Made by a program: the position numbers and the translations under genes. Under the pieces are notes generated by a model. It did no database searches. It was not told the origin of the DNA and worked only from the letters and a program-made list of their open reading frames with translations. A DNA stretch of 64,000 nt from Raillietiella orientalis (lineage: Eukaryota), in NCBI GenBank assembly GCA_036172245.1, contig JAYWIR010000002.1:6696001-6760000 (forward strand), in the 5' to 3' direction. Positions 1-14,450 of the stretch are shown here, in pieces. Every line of letters begins with the position of its first letter. Within the stretch, counting starts at the first letter, position 1.

Positions 1-3000
1 GCTTAGAAATCACTTACTGAAGGATAGTCTCAGGTTTACCAGACTAGAATAGTGATTACTTAATTGGTACCGAAACCTGAAATTGATGAAAGGATGATTT
101 CCGAATTTCTGACTTCAGCTCAATGATGCTTTTAAATATCATAAAGACTGAAGGTTTGATTTCTCAAGTTACTTCGTATAACGAGGGAAATGGTTTTACG
201 AGTGCTATGGGTTACACATGGATAAGATGAGAGTCTTGATAAAAGATAGACCATACATCTTAAAAGCATTCATACTGTAAAATATGTATGAATTTACTTC
301 AAAACAAAAAGAGAAATTAAAAATATTATCTATTATCTCAATGGAAGTAAAAACAGCTTTCAAAGTTTTGCTGATATTTAATGAAGTGAAACAATTCTGT
401 AGTTTTAGCTTTATCATTTTCGTTGTTGGAAAATGCTATTTTATCCTTGTCTTGCTATTTTAATCATGAAAGTTTGAATGGAATAGAACGCAACTTACCT
501 AAATCATGCATCCATATTCTTTTTGAAAACATCTAAACTGGGACACTAAACCACAAAATTAAAATTTAACCAAAGAGTTGCACGTGGAGGATTTGTAGCC
601 TTACACGAGGACTGTCCCCACGTTTTTAGTCTCGTTGTACGAATCCGTATTATAGAGATCTGTATTATCCGTATTATAGTTCTGCTGCATTCACTAAATC
701 ATGAAAAACATTCGTTTTGTGATAAAATTTAGAAAAACGCAAAATGAAATGTGAGTGTGAAAAGAAGATATGTCTCCATTTGGATACTGCCATATGATTC
801 TTCTAGATGTCCGTGAATCAGAGAAGACGAAATTTGGTTTTGCATTTGGCATTTGGTTATTGCATGCCTTCTATTTTCGTGAGAATTTTTAATTTATTTA
901 AATGCTCACTTGCTTTAATTCTTGAAGCTGATTTCCCTGTGTTTCCATTTCGTGGTCACAAAGAAGTCATAGGAAAGACAAAGTGACCCATTTGTTTTGC
1001 AGCACATGGGAGAGTTTTTTTGGATCCGAAGATAAGGCATCTTTCTCTAGTTGATTACTCTGAAGCTTTTTTTCTGAAACTCATCGTATCTCCTCTACTT
1101 TCCGTGATTCCTGCCTTTTCTGCCTTTCGTTCATTGTAAATAAACATGTCATTAATTTTAGTTTTCATTTGTTTAAAAGAAAAAGGATTAACTTGAAGGT
1201 TCCCTTGAGGAGGGAGCATTTTGAAGAAAGAATTTCACAGTTCCAGAATGTTCTTTGCCGGAAGCTAATTAGATCAAGCTGGAATCCGATCCAATCAGAG
1301 AATACCTTCGTGAAAGGAAAATTCATAATTTTAATGAAAAAGTATCTGTTCTTGTGGAGTTGATATTATATATTAGTTAATGATGCATTCTAGTTTTGAT
1401 TGTTGTTTAACTATTTACAAACCTGGGATATGAAAAAAAAAGAAAAAGAAAGAACGAAAGAGAGCCCCCATCTGGTCCAAATCTAACATTTCTGCAATCT
1501 CTGCATGTCTTTAAAAAATAGGTGTTGAATATACGGTAGCTATTTTCCAAAATTTTATGTATAAGAGAAAAGAACTCGAGGAGTCTGTATAATCCGCAAT
1601 TCCGGAAATAATCCCAATGGGCCCCTTGGAGCTGCTCACAGACGAGCGTGTGCGCTTCAAGTAATGGGCTAACTAAATGGCTCATGACAATGCCTGAAGG
1701 ACTCATGTCTTCTTCTCACTTTGCAAACGGTTTGCAAGGCTGTCAATGGTTTTAGGTATCATGCAGTCCTGTTAACAAAAGGTCCGTGTGCTGGGAATTG
1801 CTAAAACACTCGCGTTCCTACACTCACTGGCTACAAATCTGCCAAATCCTGCCAATCTTAATTTTTCCAGTATTTCTGAGCATCTACGTGAGCAGCTGTT
1901 TGAAGTCATGAAGGCAGTGACCGACACAAATTTAAGCTCCTTCGACGGAATCCACGAGTTTCGTTTTCCGAGAATTCACGGGGAGCTCTTAGAAGCTCAA
2001 CTGAAAAGGAACGGTGCATACAGTATAATTTCTAAAGAAAAAAAAATAGAAAAAACTGCGACCAACATCCATAAAAACTAGGCAGTTTTCGGAATAAAGA
2101 ATTGGTTTTTGTTCAGATAATCATTTGAAGAGGATTGTAAGCTTTTTTCCCCCTCACAAATCGGAGTGGCGTGCGGCATATTCCTGAGCTCGCGTCACAG
2201 AAGTAGAACTTTGATCTCAGAATTCTGCTGCTTTTCGGGAAACAGCTTTTATATCTACATGAAAGAAAAAATCGACTTTTTTTTTTTTTGTGGGTTGCGG
2301 GCTTTTAGAAATTGAATTGGGATTCAGTGATGGTGGCGTCCAAAGTTTGCCTGTTTATACGAATCAAACGAAGAGAAGCAAGGCAGATTTCCTCTTAGAG
2401 TGAATGATGGAGTCTAAATCGATGGAGAAAGTTTGAGAAGTTCGAAAAGTTTTCGTTTAAAAGGTTTCGGGAAGCGAATACGTTTAAATAAAAAACGAAA
2501 AATGATTCCAGGAATTTTTTCTAAAAAAAAAAAACACTGAATGAAAATCCGTTCTACTCCCCATCTTCAGACACAAACTTCCGAAAATCTGGACCTTTCC
2601 TGACGCTGTAACGAACCGTTCTCTGTGGTCATTTGATCTAGCCTTCTATTCTGTGGTGAACTTTGATCGAATCGAAGTCTGGCATCGATCTCAAGAGTAC
2701 CTGCAATCGACGTGCCGGCTTTCTAATTTGTAGATTCGAACGGGCTTTGTCTTTGTTTCCCGACAGGTCGAGCTCTGCTTTTTCTGCTTCATCCATGCTG
2801 AAGGGCTGCTCGCATGGAATTGCAGAGGAAACACGCGTTTATCGAGTGTAATCAGTCTCCGTGAAAGGCAGCGAGAACTTTTTTGATCTCCAAAGAGAAC
2901 AGCGTCCTGAATGATAACTTGCAGAGGGGCCTTAAGGGGACCTTGATAAGATTTCAGGGATCAACTGCATTCTACACCTCGGCAGCCAAGACTTCGTTTT

Positions 3001-4032
3001 AGAGCTTTTGATGAAATCCCGTTTCGTTCTTGAACCCTGCTGGTTCTTAGGATCTCATATGAGCTTATGTAACCTTTATCGGAAAGTTTGTATACCACGG
3101 ATCAATAATCTTCTGTAAATAAGTGATGCTATGTAACGATCTTTTGTCTTGGATGGATTTGAGTTTTTTTTTTTTTTTTTCTTTTCATCGAGGTGTGAGT
3201 TCGGATGGAGGACCGAATAATCTTCGGGCGGGGTTCCATCCGTCTTCAGGGTCTTAATTGAATTTTGCGATTAGCATCTATTGATGTTTCAGATTTGGAT
3301 TCTGAGGCGACTTAATTGATTCCAATCTTTTGGACCGATCTGCTCAAGCCATACTTCATCAAGGTCTCACTGGTATGTTCTATTAGAGAAAGAGGTGTGA
3401 GTTGCTAGGGTTCTGTGATGATCTAGTTGCATGACAACAGATCATTTTGAATTCAATTCTCTTTTGAATTCAATTCAATTTTTTTTTTCTTTTGTTTTTT
3501 TTTTTGTTGCGCTACTCTTGAGTAACCGAGTTTCTTTCATAGGTGAGAGCGTGTGGCAAGCGGCGACCCCAACGCTACCTGCCGGACACTGAACAACGAC
3601 TGGACATCGGTCGGTCATGTGGCAGGCCTGCAGAATGGGTCACCAGCAGATACCCCGAGTGGACTCTTCCGCGGGAATGGAGTGGTCTCGGCGTACAGCC
3701 CGATAATGCCTGGTCCACCTCAGCCCTCTTAGCATCATGGCGCGAAAGACGAAGTTCCTCCAAGGCTGTGATACTCAACCTTTCTTCTCGGGTCACACAC
3801 ATAAGTCTGCAACAGTACGCGGGCTGTACATAATACGTTATATATTATAATGTAATCATATTTTATATATTAATTCTACAAATTTTAACACAATATAATT
3901 TTTTCATTCAACAAGTCTGAAGAATGGATGGATGTCAACAAATGCTTTTTTTTATTGTGGTGAGTTAAGAGCAGACTGTATTCTTTCCGCTTACCAACAC
4001 TTAAAATGATAAGAAACGAAATTGTACGCAAC

Positions 4033-4124
4033 CACGTGACTGCGCCAAATCACGGAACACACGACAGCCGCGAGGGCTCTGTGTGCGTGGGTGCGAACCG
4101 CTCATGATTGGACTTTTATAAAAG
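4033..4124. promoter_or_regulatory. Promoter-like motif cluster (E-box, reverse CCAAT, palindromic TATA)
   Basis: CACGTGAC at 4033-4040, ATTGG at 4107-4111, and the perfect palindrome CTTTTATAAAAG at 4113-4124 (TATAAAAG on both strands), in a local CpG-rich patch within AT-rich DNA. No associated gene identified. Confidence 0.3.
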
Positions 4125-6699
4125 CCCGACTGTATTAGAAGTGTAAAAAAATACTTAATGGCTGCGAATGATATGGGCCCCACATGGAATGGCTTGGCGG
4201 ATCTCACGCGGCCCGCAGGCCGTACAATCAGTATCGCTTCTCCAAGGGGAAAATGTGCCGGCAAAGATCTTTCTAGGAGACCGGGATCCGCAATTGCAGA
4301 AGGGTGCCTGCATGGACACTCAGGTGCATCCTGTAGGAACCGCAGTCGATCTGGTGAGTGCAAAGCAGACCAAGAACTTCCCTCTCCATTCCTCTTCCCA
4401 AAAGAGACGGTGGACAAGTTGTTGGGACGGAATGAGACACTCATTGTGGGCTTCATTGCGAAATGGAGTGTCATGGAAGCGTTGGTGAAACTCGCTTAAG
4501 AGTGTTGAGTTTTTTTGTTAAAAGACTTGTAGACAATGAGTCCACCCCACCAGCTTGTCGGACTGGTAACAGCTGCGTCTCTATTATGGGGTATTTTGAA
4601 ATCTGTGGGAAGGCATGCAGATGAGTAAAGCTTCTGATCGAAAGGAATCCTTTACTCCCAAATGATCGGCAACCACTGAGAAAATGCCTGAAATCGTCTG
4701 CATCAGAACAGTCTACTTTTGCACAGCAGCCGTGGTTACTAAGTACTTTTTTCTCTTTCGACAGTTAGTTGCAATTCGTAATGGATCAGATTGCGGGGAT
4801 TCTTCTGTTTAGTTTCTCGCATCGAGAACGAAAGCAAGCAACGCCATATTTCACCGCTCTCTTTTTTTTTTTTTTTTTTTTAAGAAAGTTTTCATCGCTC
4901 GTGTTCTCTTTAAAGCAAAATGCGTGAGTCTTTTCCTTGGAGTGACAAAACTTTTCTTTCCGTCGGTCGAAAAGGCACATTCCATCTTCGGACTTTCTAT
5001 TGGACGTCTTCCCTTATCGAGTGGCCTCTAACAACCTGGAATTCTTTGAGTTTCTTTTCTTTTTTTTTCGTTTTTGTTGTTGTTTTTTCACCTTGCTCTC
5101 TTAGACATTGCTGATTCTTATTGATTGGATGTCTTCAAGCTTTCCTGTCTTTGCTGGTCGGCTTCACTGCTCGAAGATCAATGTTTTCCGTTGCCCGATT
5201 GGCAGCCAACGCTCAATGAAAACTCCACAGACCACTGCCGGACGATGGCCACTTCGCACAAACTTCGGAGGGCCAAGGAGCACTCAACTCGCGATCTATT
5301 CCTTTTGTTTCGCTTGGTTTCGTAGTTTCGTCCCTCCTTCCGAAGCCTCCGAACAGCCGCGGTCGCTCCGACGATCCCAATCCTGAGATGAAAACAGGAA
5401 AGCGTTTCACTCTTCTTCTCCACTTCCCCTTTTTGTTATCATCTTTTTTTCCCTCAGGGATGCAGCACCGATGGAAACTGGAAAAAACTCTTTGACTTCA
5501 GCCTGGCCTTCGATTTGATGGAGATGTGCGCAGGTAGCGCCAAAGTTAGGAATTTTCCGCAATGGAGAGAAGCAAGGCCGAAATTCGGAAGCTGAGGTGG
5601 GATGAAGGAAGTGACCACAAGGTGTTGCAAGAGAGTATCTTCAGAAGGAAACGTGGAAGGTCCTCAGAAGTTCTCACAGAAGCCTTATAAGTTCAGATGA
5701 CGACACGATAATGGAAGAGAACGATCCAAAAAATCAGGTCACGAAGTCACGCGCAAGGTCCCAGGCGGAAGCGCCACTCTGAAACTATCCGGATTCTCCT
5801 GCATAAAAGTCCACTCAGAGGAGTTGGTCGATAAGAGGATAGCCAGGAGATCTGTGGACCGGTGAGTTACATTTGCAGATTGCGGTGCAGTTCGTGTTCT
5901 CGTGTTTCTGAGTATCCCTTTCGATGAAAATCATTCGGTGGAAGAGGAAGCGAGATCAATTGTGAGGTTCATTCTTTGATGATCAAAGGATATGACCTTT
6001 CAGCAAATTGTTTAACAGTGCCTCTTCCCTAATTGCCAAAATGGAATGCATGCTTTACGCCTGAAGCAACGTATCTTTCTTAAGTCTGTTCCGAGATAGA
6101 TGCAGAGGACGTTTTCTCTCATAGACGAAAATTTGAAACCTGTGTAGTAGGGGAAAGGTCATGGCACGTTGAGATGAAGGAGCCGATTGGAAGCTTCAGA
6201 GGCGTGGATCCTGGGTGTGAATTGCAGTCACTGCAGAAAGAGCAAGACAAAAGGAAATATCTGTATCAGAGTTCGCTGTATTTACTGTGCCGATTATTGA
6301 TTGAACAAAAAAAGAAAAAAATCGAACCTAGAATTAAATGAGAATGGCAACGATGATGGTGGCCAGAAGTGAAAAGACTGCTCCGTGGCCGCGATGTACC
6401 AATGAACCAAGCACATTCATCAGGAAGTTTCGGAAAGAACCATTGCGATACAGCGTGATGTTCAGCACTTGGTCAGCGTTGGCATTAAAGTTGCAACTAG
6501 ACTCAACGAAGAATGGGGAGAGTCTTTGCTGAAATGCCTCGGATGTCTTTTTTTTTTTTCTTCTTTTCCTGACAGTGCACTGTGGAGACCAGCGAACGGG
6601 AGAGACTGTGGATGGAAGAATGTCCATGGTACATCATCTGAGATTGGCAGACCTTAATGAAAACAGGAATTCACAGACTACGCATTTCTGGCGCCCAGT

Positions 6700-9550
6700 A
6701 AGAGGAGGGCAGCCTGACTCCATCCTCCGAGAGCACAGCACTGCGCTGAAGCAGGTTCCTCCTGAACGTGGAAACGTCCAGCCATGGAACTTTGAAACTG
6801 CACATCTTCGAGATTAATGAAGAGGGGGGAAATCAGGGGCAAGAGATCCGACGCGAAGAAGTTGAGTGCAAAACTCGAGTGCCGAAGAAATCGCTCTGCT
6901 CGGTACTTGGAAGTTGATGCCGAAAGCTTTTTCCCGAAGTGTCAAAGCAAATATCTCTCAACTCTAAAGTCGAACGTTGGGGGTTCTCACCGAACCATTT
7001 GATTGGAGCCACTGATTAGCGTCTTAGAGGACCGAGCCGTATCGTGTCCTTCGCCGAGAATGCGGATTTGAATTTTACCTATCGGCCCAAGCAATAATCA
7101 GTGAAGTCTGCTCGACTTGAGAGAACGCCAATTCGCTCTTGCTGCTGTTGCTCGTCGAGGCAAAGTGCTGCAGGAGGCATCTCCCACGCCCAAGCATATG
7201 TGGATTCCTAGGCACCTCCGTCCCTCATCAAGCAGGGGTTTCAAGAACCGCTTCCGATGCGCACGAAATCCAGCTGAGGCTCTCACTGTCCACGGTTTAT
7301 TGACGACTGAGATTCGATGACTCTGCGACGCGCTCCCTCGAGAAGCTTTAGGCTGCTTGATGGGAAGCTGCGTTCCAGTCGTAGTCATCCTCATCGTCTC
7401 AGTAACCTCGGTCTCCCGCTTTCAAGGTTTCACTTGATCCCTTCGCTCCCGAAGGAGCCTCTCCGTCCACCGCTCATTCTCGCTGATTTTCTCCCTGCAA
7501 TTCGATTCTTGATGACGAGAGTTTTCGTCCCCGGCCTGCGGGAACCTCGGCATCTCCGCGGATACCACCCGGCCACCGCAGCGGCTCGAGGAATCGCGGG
7601 GTATCTGACGGGATTTTTGTTTAACTCTTTCGGTTTCGAGGAGCCGCATACAGCTGGCTGGCTTTCCTTGCCGCCGGTTGTCGAAAGCAGAGCTCCCGCT
7701 CGTGGGCTGCTTCCATTCGCAATTCGAAGAGCACTCTCGTCCTCATGTATTCAGGTCGGAGGTGGTTGCGGTGAAGGCCTCAGTAGTCCTTCCATCTCGA
7801 CTGCTAAAGAACGCAATTCCGGGGAATTTCACTCTGGTTTCTTCCCTTTCCGTGGTCCACTGACCTTTCTTCTTGTTCTCGTGGAGGAACAGACAGTTTT
7901 ATCTCAATAATTCTACCGTGGGAATCCTGAACGATTTTGTTCACCTCGGGTGTAGGAACAAGCAAGGCGTCCATAACCGACTCCTCGGTCAGGGTGGCCG
8001 AAAATGCAGTACATTCCTCTTCGAATTGCGCATTCCTGGAGCCAAAAGCATCTCCCATTCTACCGGCACGTTTGATAAAAAATTGGCCAAGTCCTTCCGC
8101 CAGAAGCACGGCGGCGAAGCTGCATCCTGGAGATGTGTTTCTCATCTCGTCGTCCTTTTTCCTCTTCCATGGCGCCGCAGCGGCACCCCACGTCGCTTCC
8201 GTTTCATTGGAATAGGGGATGCGTTGTAAAGAGGATCACAATTATGCGTGCTCTGAATCAACATTCGATCGGGCTTGCGATGCCTTCGAACCCGTCCTCT
8301 GACCTCGTTACGTGGCTCCTGTGAAGAAGCTCCTTTATTACCTTCTCTATTTAACAGTGGGGCAATGAACCGACCTAGGTTTGAGCTCCGAACTCCCGAA
8401 AGTGATAAAGACGCTAGCACAAATTCCGCCAGTTTTTACTAGCCCCCTCGTCTCCAAAGTTCTTTCGTGCGCGCACTATGCTCCGCCACACTGCGTCGCC
8501 TGGGAAACCGGGCATTTCCCGAGACACCCTCTTCACCATCCTCGGAGAGGGTACTCCTGGATGCGTGCTTCTTGCGCAGCTGCCGCAAGAGCGTGTTCAG
8601 CTACGAAAACAGCTCGCCAGCAAGGGGTGGTTTGAGGACCCAGTCTGTGACGACGCTTGGGGACGAAAGACCTCTGGTTCTTCTCCGAAGGGGCACCTGC
8701 TTCGGCGGGAGGCACTGTGGACCAGGGTGGTGAAGGTGACGGGCAATGTGCTGGAACATCCGGGGACGAACCTAGAGGAGCACTCCAGGAGAGGAACGGC
8801 GTGTTCGAACACCGCAGTGCTCGTGGGATGCATCGGCTGGCCCAACGACCAAGGCGAACACCAGAGAAGGGCAAACGCCACATGGCCAGAGAACCCTTTG
8901 AATGTGAGGAACGACGGAAGTCACGTGCACGGAGCTCCTGAAAATCCAGAAGGTGGTCGCTTTGTGCGACTCAACCTTACGCGTGCTCGTTGGCGCTTAC
9001 TGGAGAATGAGAATGGTAGGCGGCTGCTGGCACTGACCTCCAACAAATGCATCGCTCAAGAGGACCGCTCCCAAGGGGCTCATGGATTTGAGGTTTTGGA
9101 GGGGGCTTGGAGCCATTGTCCATCACGAAACGCTGCGTAACGCTCTTCGGAGCATCTTCCCAGAATATTCCATCCTCTTTTTTCTCCTGGAAAAGAAGAA
9201 ACACGCCATTGCCGCCAGCACAGAATGAAGCCAAAACACGACGTAAAGTAAGCCCTCCTCCAGAGAGTCGTGTGCCTCCAGAATGTTCCACAGATTTCCT
9301 GTATCGGCGGTGATACTTTTCCATCATGTCTCTGTGATTCGGTTCGTTCTCTTTCATGATGTTTCGTGGATAAAGAGAAAGAGGGGGGAGGGGACAGTCA
9401 TAAAGTGGGATTGCTCTGGAGTTCAATTCGAGAGGGTTGCTCTCTTTGAACCGCAGTGCCCAATCGTTTTCAAAGCAGAGATCCTTGGAAAAGTCTTGAG
9501 GGATGGTCGCGCGCAAACACCGCACTGCATTTCACGTTCGTACTGAGCGT
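6700..9550 (-). mobile_element. Heavily decayed Ty3/gypsy pol relic (RT - RNase H - integrase order)
   Basis: Minus-strand remnants in gypsy order: VFLLFQEKKEDG / PQIHEPL / AAAYHS (RT N-terminus, ORF 8977-9525); SRCPFGEEPEVF (KCxF-like); SFAAVLL...DAFGSR (RNase H, ORF 7804-8145); SRLH*LLLGP (integrase WxRLHxDxxGP-like, ~7090). Many stops and frameshifts; boundaries approximate. Confidence 0.5.
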
Positions 9551-11194
9551 GTGGATTCCATGATCCGACAGTGTTCATCCGCGAAGACCTCAGGGTTGCA
9601 GCGGGAATTCTTCCTGGTTTTTCCGCATCAACGAAACTTTTTTGAAAGCTGAGGAAGAAACGTCCTATGCAGAATCGACTCGAACGAATTCTGGAGGCTG
9701 TAATTCAAGAAATACTTTAAAAACAAACAAATCCCGATAGGATCTCTCGTATGCTGATGAAAGGTGAATTGAAAAGAAAACACTCGTGCACAACTGAGGG
9801 GATCTTCTTCTATGGGCATGGAAGTTCATTCGGTGGCTGCTGCGAAACCCTTGCCAGTGGCCGGAGATTTCCGAGACAATTTTCCGAGATTTAGCATTTG
9901 GGCTTCATGTGTGTAATCTTCGTAACGAATTCAATAACGAATGAAGCACTGACTGCATAAGGAATTCATCATCTGCACGAATTCAATTAATTACACTCGA
10001 GAAAAAAAACAAAAATTTTTTTTTTTCTTGTAAGCAAAAAATAAAAGAAACTTTATCATTGGAGACGATCTCTGAAGCTCTTATAATTGCACAATGAGGA
10101 AAGCGAAGTGCCCTTCCGTCATCCGCAGGGTTCAGTTATGGAAATTCGTTGTAACGAAAGACGATTTCCATAATTTCCGAATTCCGAAAGTTGCTCTGCC
10201 AATCGCTGACGCAAACTGTGAACAGGAATGAATCGCAAATATTATCGAAGACTCCGACGATGTCTTAAGCAGAGTTGTTTCCAAGGTCTCCATGCATGCT
10301 GACCAACTTTTCAAAGACGCCCCTTTTGCCGTGATGCTTTCGGTTCATCGCCACCACCACCTCCACACAGAGTTCTCCATTTTCCAAAGCTGGTGTACGA
10401 TCTATGGAATGGATGTGTGTGTGTGTTTTAGAATGCTTCCACAAATTTTGTGGCTCCATGCCCTTCGTTCCGAAAGATGTGAGCTTCCGAAATGACGATA
10501 ATGCAGAGAGTTCCCTTTCAGAACCTGTCCAAACACGCGTCACGGATCATTCATTTCCTCTCCGGTGAGTTCTTCGATGCATACAGAAAAGCGCTGATGT
10601 TTGCGTCTGTTTGTTTGTTTTAAGAAAGCACCAGTGATTTGTTTTTGAGCTTTTCCTTTCAGATGATCATTTGGTAGCGAGCCGCAGTCACGCTGAGGCC
10701 GGCTGGCATTCCTAGTAGGAACCGATGTCTCCCGCTCATCCATGGCAACTGAACCTGGTGGAGTTTCTTGATGTACCAACGTCCGCAGACTCCGACGAGC
10801 GCAAAGAATTTGTGTCAACTCCGGAAAGAATGGCGCTTTCATCCTTGTCCTCAGCAGCGAGAAGCGAACTACCGAGCAAAACACATACTGACCATATCAC
10901 AAAACAAAAGTTGACCTAATGGAATAGGAAAGAAGGCAGTAGGTGTGCTTTTCTTCCCAAAGAGCTGAAATTGGTAAAAATAATTTTTTTCTTTCTCTCC
11001 CTCTCTCTCATCCATTTCGCATTTTGGATCTTCTAATAGCCTGAAGTTACTTAGAATTTTCAAGTCTGAGAAAATTTTACCACTCTTTCTGTGGAAACGC
11101 GTAGAGGCGACTGTTGGACAGAGGTTTGCGAGGTCTACTTTGAATGCTTTTGTCGATGGCGGCGTCGACAGGCGGAGGAACAGGCAAAAGTTTC

Positions 11195-14100
11195 TTTATT
11201 TCACCCGGCTGCGCCGGGGCGTTCATTGTAAAAAAAAAAAAAAAACAGTCATATGAAACATAAACATGTCTTTCTTCGTAGTGGCTCCACAGCATTACGG
11301 CTTAGGGAAACGCTCGGAGGCGCTGCTTCTCCTGAGCAGCACCCTGATGGGGTCCACACCAGCGGAGTGAGGGAAGGGGTAAACAAAAACAAAAAACACA
11401 CACAAAAAAAAGTTTTGTTGAAAAATGTTTGGAGGGGAAGGGAAGGGATCACAGATTTCTTCCTGGCTTCCTCAGCATCCTCTGCAGGACGGTGGCAACT
11501 TCCTCCTTTTGCTGGAAGAGATGCGGCCGTTTCTTGTCGCCTTGCTCGCGAAGAAGCAAGCGCTTACAATAACTTCATCATTCGACTAGCCTCTTTCGGA
11601 GCGGCTTCTCGCTGCCACGATCCTACGAAGGCAGCACGGAGCTGCAAGGAAAGCTGCAGGAGACATCCAGCCGCGCTCGAAGAGGCACCGCGAAATCTCT
11701 TTGCTGTTGCCAATTGGGAGTGGAAGGGCCGCAGCAAAGGGTTCCCAGACACTGAGGAGGCAACACAACCCAACAACAAGTGCGAGAAGGTTTCCTGTTT
11801 TCCCGCACGTGGCGTAGTCTGCAACCACACTCCCTCTTGTCCAGCTGTGGGCTCGTGCGTTGCATGGGATCTCCCAGTGCAGAAACTGCAATGCCGAGGT
11901 TTGCACCCTACTTCAGGTGAAGCGTGGAGCTGTTCACAAAGACTAAGGGTATTTCCTCCTCTTCAGGAAAAATGTTCAGGAATTGCACCCAGTGAAGAAT
12001 TTCCTTGGGGAGGACGGCAGGGGTGCATGACTCAGCCAGTTGAACGCAGCGTCCAGCACCCCAGCTGCCTCTTCTTTCCTGCGATCTCGCAGGATACTTC
12101 ACATCTTGCGGGCGCATCGCTGTTTCCACTTTGTCTCTTTATGTTCAGCGTGTCCGCAAGTGGGATGTTGAGGCCCGGGTTGTCTTCCTTGGGCGGTTCA
12201 TGATTTCCTGCAACGAGCAGCGAGCGCAGCTCGAGAATCGCAGGCATAGCAATGGCTCCGAGCTCTTGCTGTTTCTTTTCTCCCACGTCTGACCCGTTCC
12301 CTGTTTCCAGGCACACACAGGAAATCCATCTGTTCTCCTGGATTGAGGCGACCATTTGCCGCAGTTGGTACCCCCAACGGGGCAGCTCTCGGTGGCCGTG
12401 CACGAGGAGCATACCGAGTCCCTCGGCGCCGGCTGCCCTCTTTGCCAGGAGTCTGGCTGAGACGCACCAAGTGGTGGTCCAGAACTTCGCCGCTAGGGAT
12501 AATCTTCTACACTGGAATGACGCTCCATATTCTCCGGAGTCAGGACTCCGAGTACAGTGTCCCGACGTGGCGCGCACAAGTTCATCGAGAGGACCAGGAA
12601 CCTTTGCGTTCCCCAGAATGCTTTAAGGACGATTCTGCCTTTTAGAGACAAGCGGATCAGGATTCTGTTGCGCAGAAGTCCCCCAACAGAACTTCCAGGT
12701 GCTTAAAGTACCTGACCGTGGCCATCTCCAAACAGATCCAGTCCGGTTGCCCTGCCCATGCCGCACCAACAGGAAGCACAGTAGACTTCGGCCATGCCAG
12801 CTCCCTGATGAATCAGCTCGAGGAATCCCTCGAGCGATGCGGCCGGGGCTGACATGGGCAACAGGAGCACAAAGTCGTCTGCATAAGCCAACACGACAGG
12901 CGTACCTGGGCATTAGCTGGAAGAACAGTAAGAGTTGTCCTATACGCTCTCAGAACCAACTCGAAGTAGATGCTATTGGACTCCCGATCTCTGCTCATCT
13001 CGGAATTCAGTATCTCTTTGGCCCACTGGAGCAACCCTTTGTTGCAACTGAAACCAGGAGTTCACCGGGAGCAGAATGGTTCCCACGCTTCGTCCAGAAA
13101 CAGCGTACGTGTGCTCCGGGCTGGTTAACGCTTACGTCAACCGCTCCAGGCGTGGTACAAAAGAACCAAAGTTTCTTTCTTTCGCCATTTGCACTCAGAG
13201 GGTGCAGATCTGCTGTAACGAATGCTGGCAGTCCTGCGAAGCAGTGTCTTGCAGCAGTGGAACTGGTCATTGGAGCAACCGACTTCAACACTCCATAGTC
13301 TCTAAAGCTGAAGTCCCCTGCTCATACCGTTGGCAAGCAAGAACCGAAGACACCGCTGTCTGCATTCATTCTTCGTGGTTCCCGGAGCAAAATTCTCGGG
13401 ATAGCGTAGGAGCAATTTGCGAAAATCAGCAGTGCATCTGGGACTGTCCTATGGCACGTGGGCAGTAACGATCTTCAAGGACCCTCTCCAAGACAAAGGA
13501 TCTTTCTGGTTTGGAATGCGTGCGGAAAAGAAAAGAACAGAAAAGAAAGCTGCTAACATGCTCGTTTCTGAGGTGTGTTGGTGAACTGCAAGTTGTCACC
13601 GGGAACCACTTGGGGGACTGACGGAAGAGTTACACTCTTGAAAACAAGAGTGCATCGTGCCCGCGACTGTGACACGTGAGTTTCCCCCCTCGTGAAGCTC
13701 ACGAGGAGGAATGATGGTTTCAGAAGGACGCTCCGACTTCACTTGGACCAAGAAGCTTGAAGCGTCTCCCGTGGAAAAAACTCCACCCACATGAATCAAC
13801 CCCCTTTGGGGAAACTCTTTTGAGCTCTCGGATTCCTCCCAAGTGCTGGTAAGAGAAGGGGAGGGGCTTGAGAAACCGAAGAGCCGGAATTCTGCATCGG
13901 GAACTCGGAACATTAACTGCTGTCAGGCCCAGCAGTGGAGAATGATTGGTTCTGCAGCCACACGCAGGTGGGAGGAACAAGGATGCGGGAGGAACAGCTA
14001 GAGCTGAGGTCGCTTTCTCAGGAGAGCACGTAGCGCTCGCCAAGGCCAAAAACTCAGTCCTACCGGAATTTTTCCCCTTGGGATGTGCCGACCTCGCCGT

Positions 14101-14450
14101 CCCATAAGTTATGCGGTTTGCCTTGCCGTCCTGGCCGAACCTCGTTCTGCTTCGGCCTCGTTCTTCTGCTTGTAGATTTTCTTTGAGCTTCATCTTCCAC
14201 CCGCATCTCACGGTTCCTCCTTTGTACAAAGCAGATGAAGGCATGTGCACCGTGAAAGACGGAGCAGCGACGATACCCTTTACCCTTTATCCCAAGACGC
14301 CGACAGTCAAGGCAAATGACGTCATCAAAGTCTTGCACATGGAGTTGTGCACTCCAGGGCGTTGAAGAAAGCTCCGACGATCCCTGGACTATTCTCAGCG
14401 GCAACGGAGAGCTGGAGCTGAGCTGTGCGACTGCAGCATGGGCCCACCGC
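11195..14450 (-). mobile_element. Decayed, internally deleted L1/Tx1-like LINE (ORF1 remnant, RT, C-terminal zinc finger, 3' UTR)
   Basis: LAYADDFVLL (RT YADD, ORF 12703-12894); ETFSHLLLGC (C-terminal CCHC-like, ORF 11564-11830); ORF1-like WKMKLKENLQ...GQDGK (~14100-14250); 3' end AATGAACGCCCCGG-stem-loop shared with other copies. Confidence 0.65.

Noticed and set aside
3543..3833. GC-richer patch after an acceptor-like TTTCTTTCATAG: possible terminal exon of an upstream gene
   Set aside because: No recognisable protein in any frame and no supporting upstream exons; it cannot be supported without transcripts.
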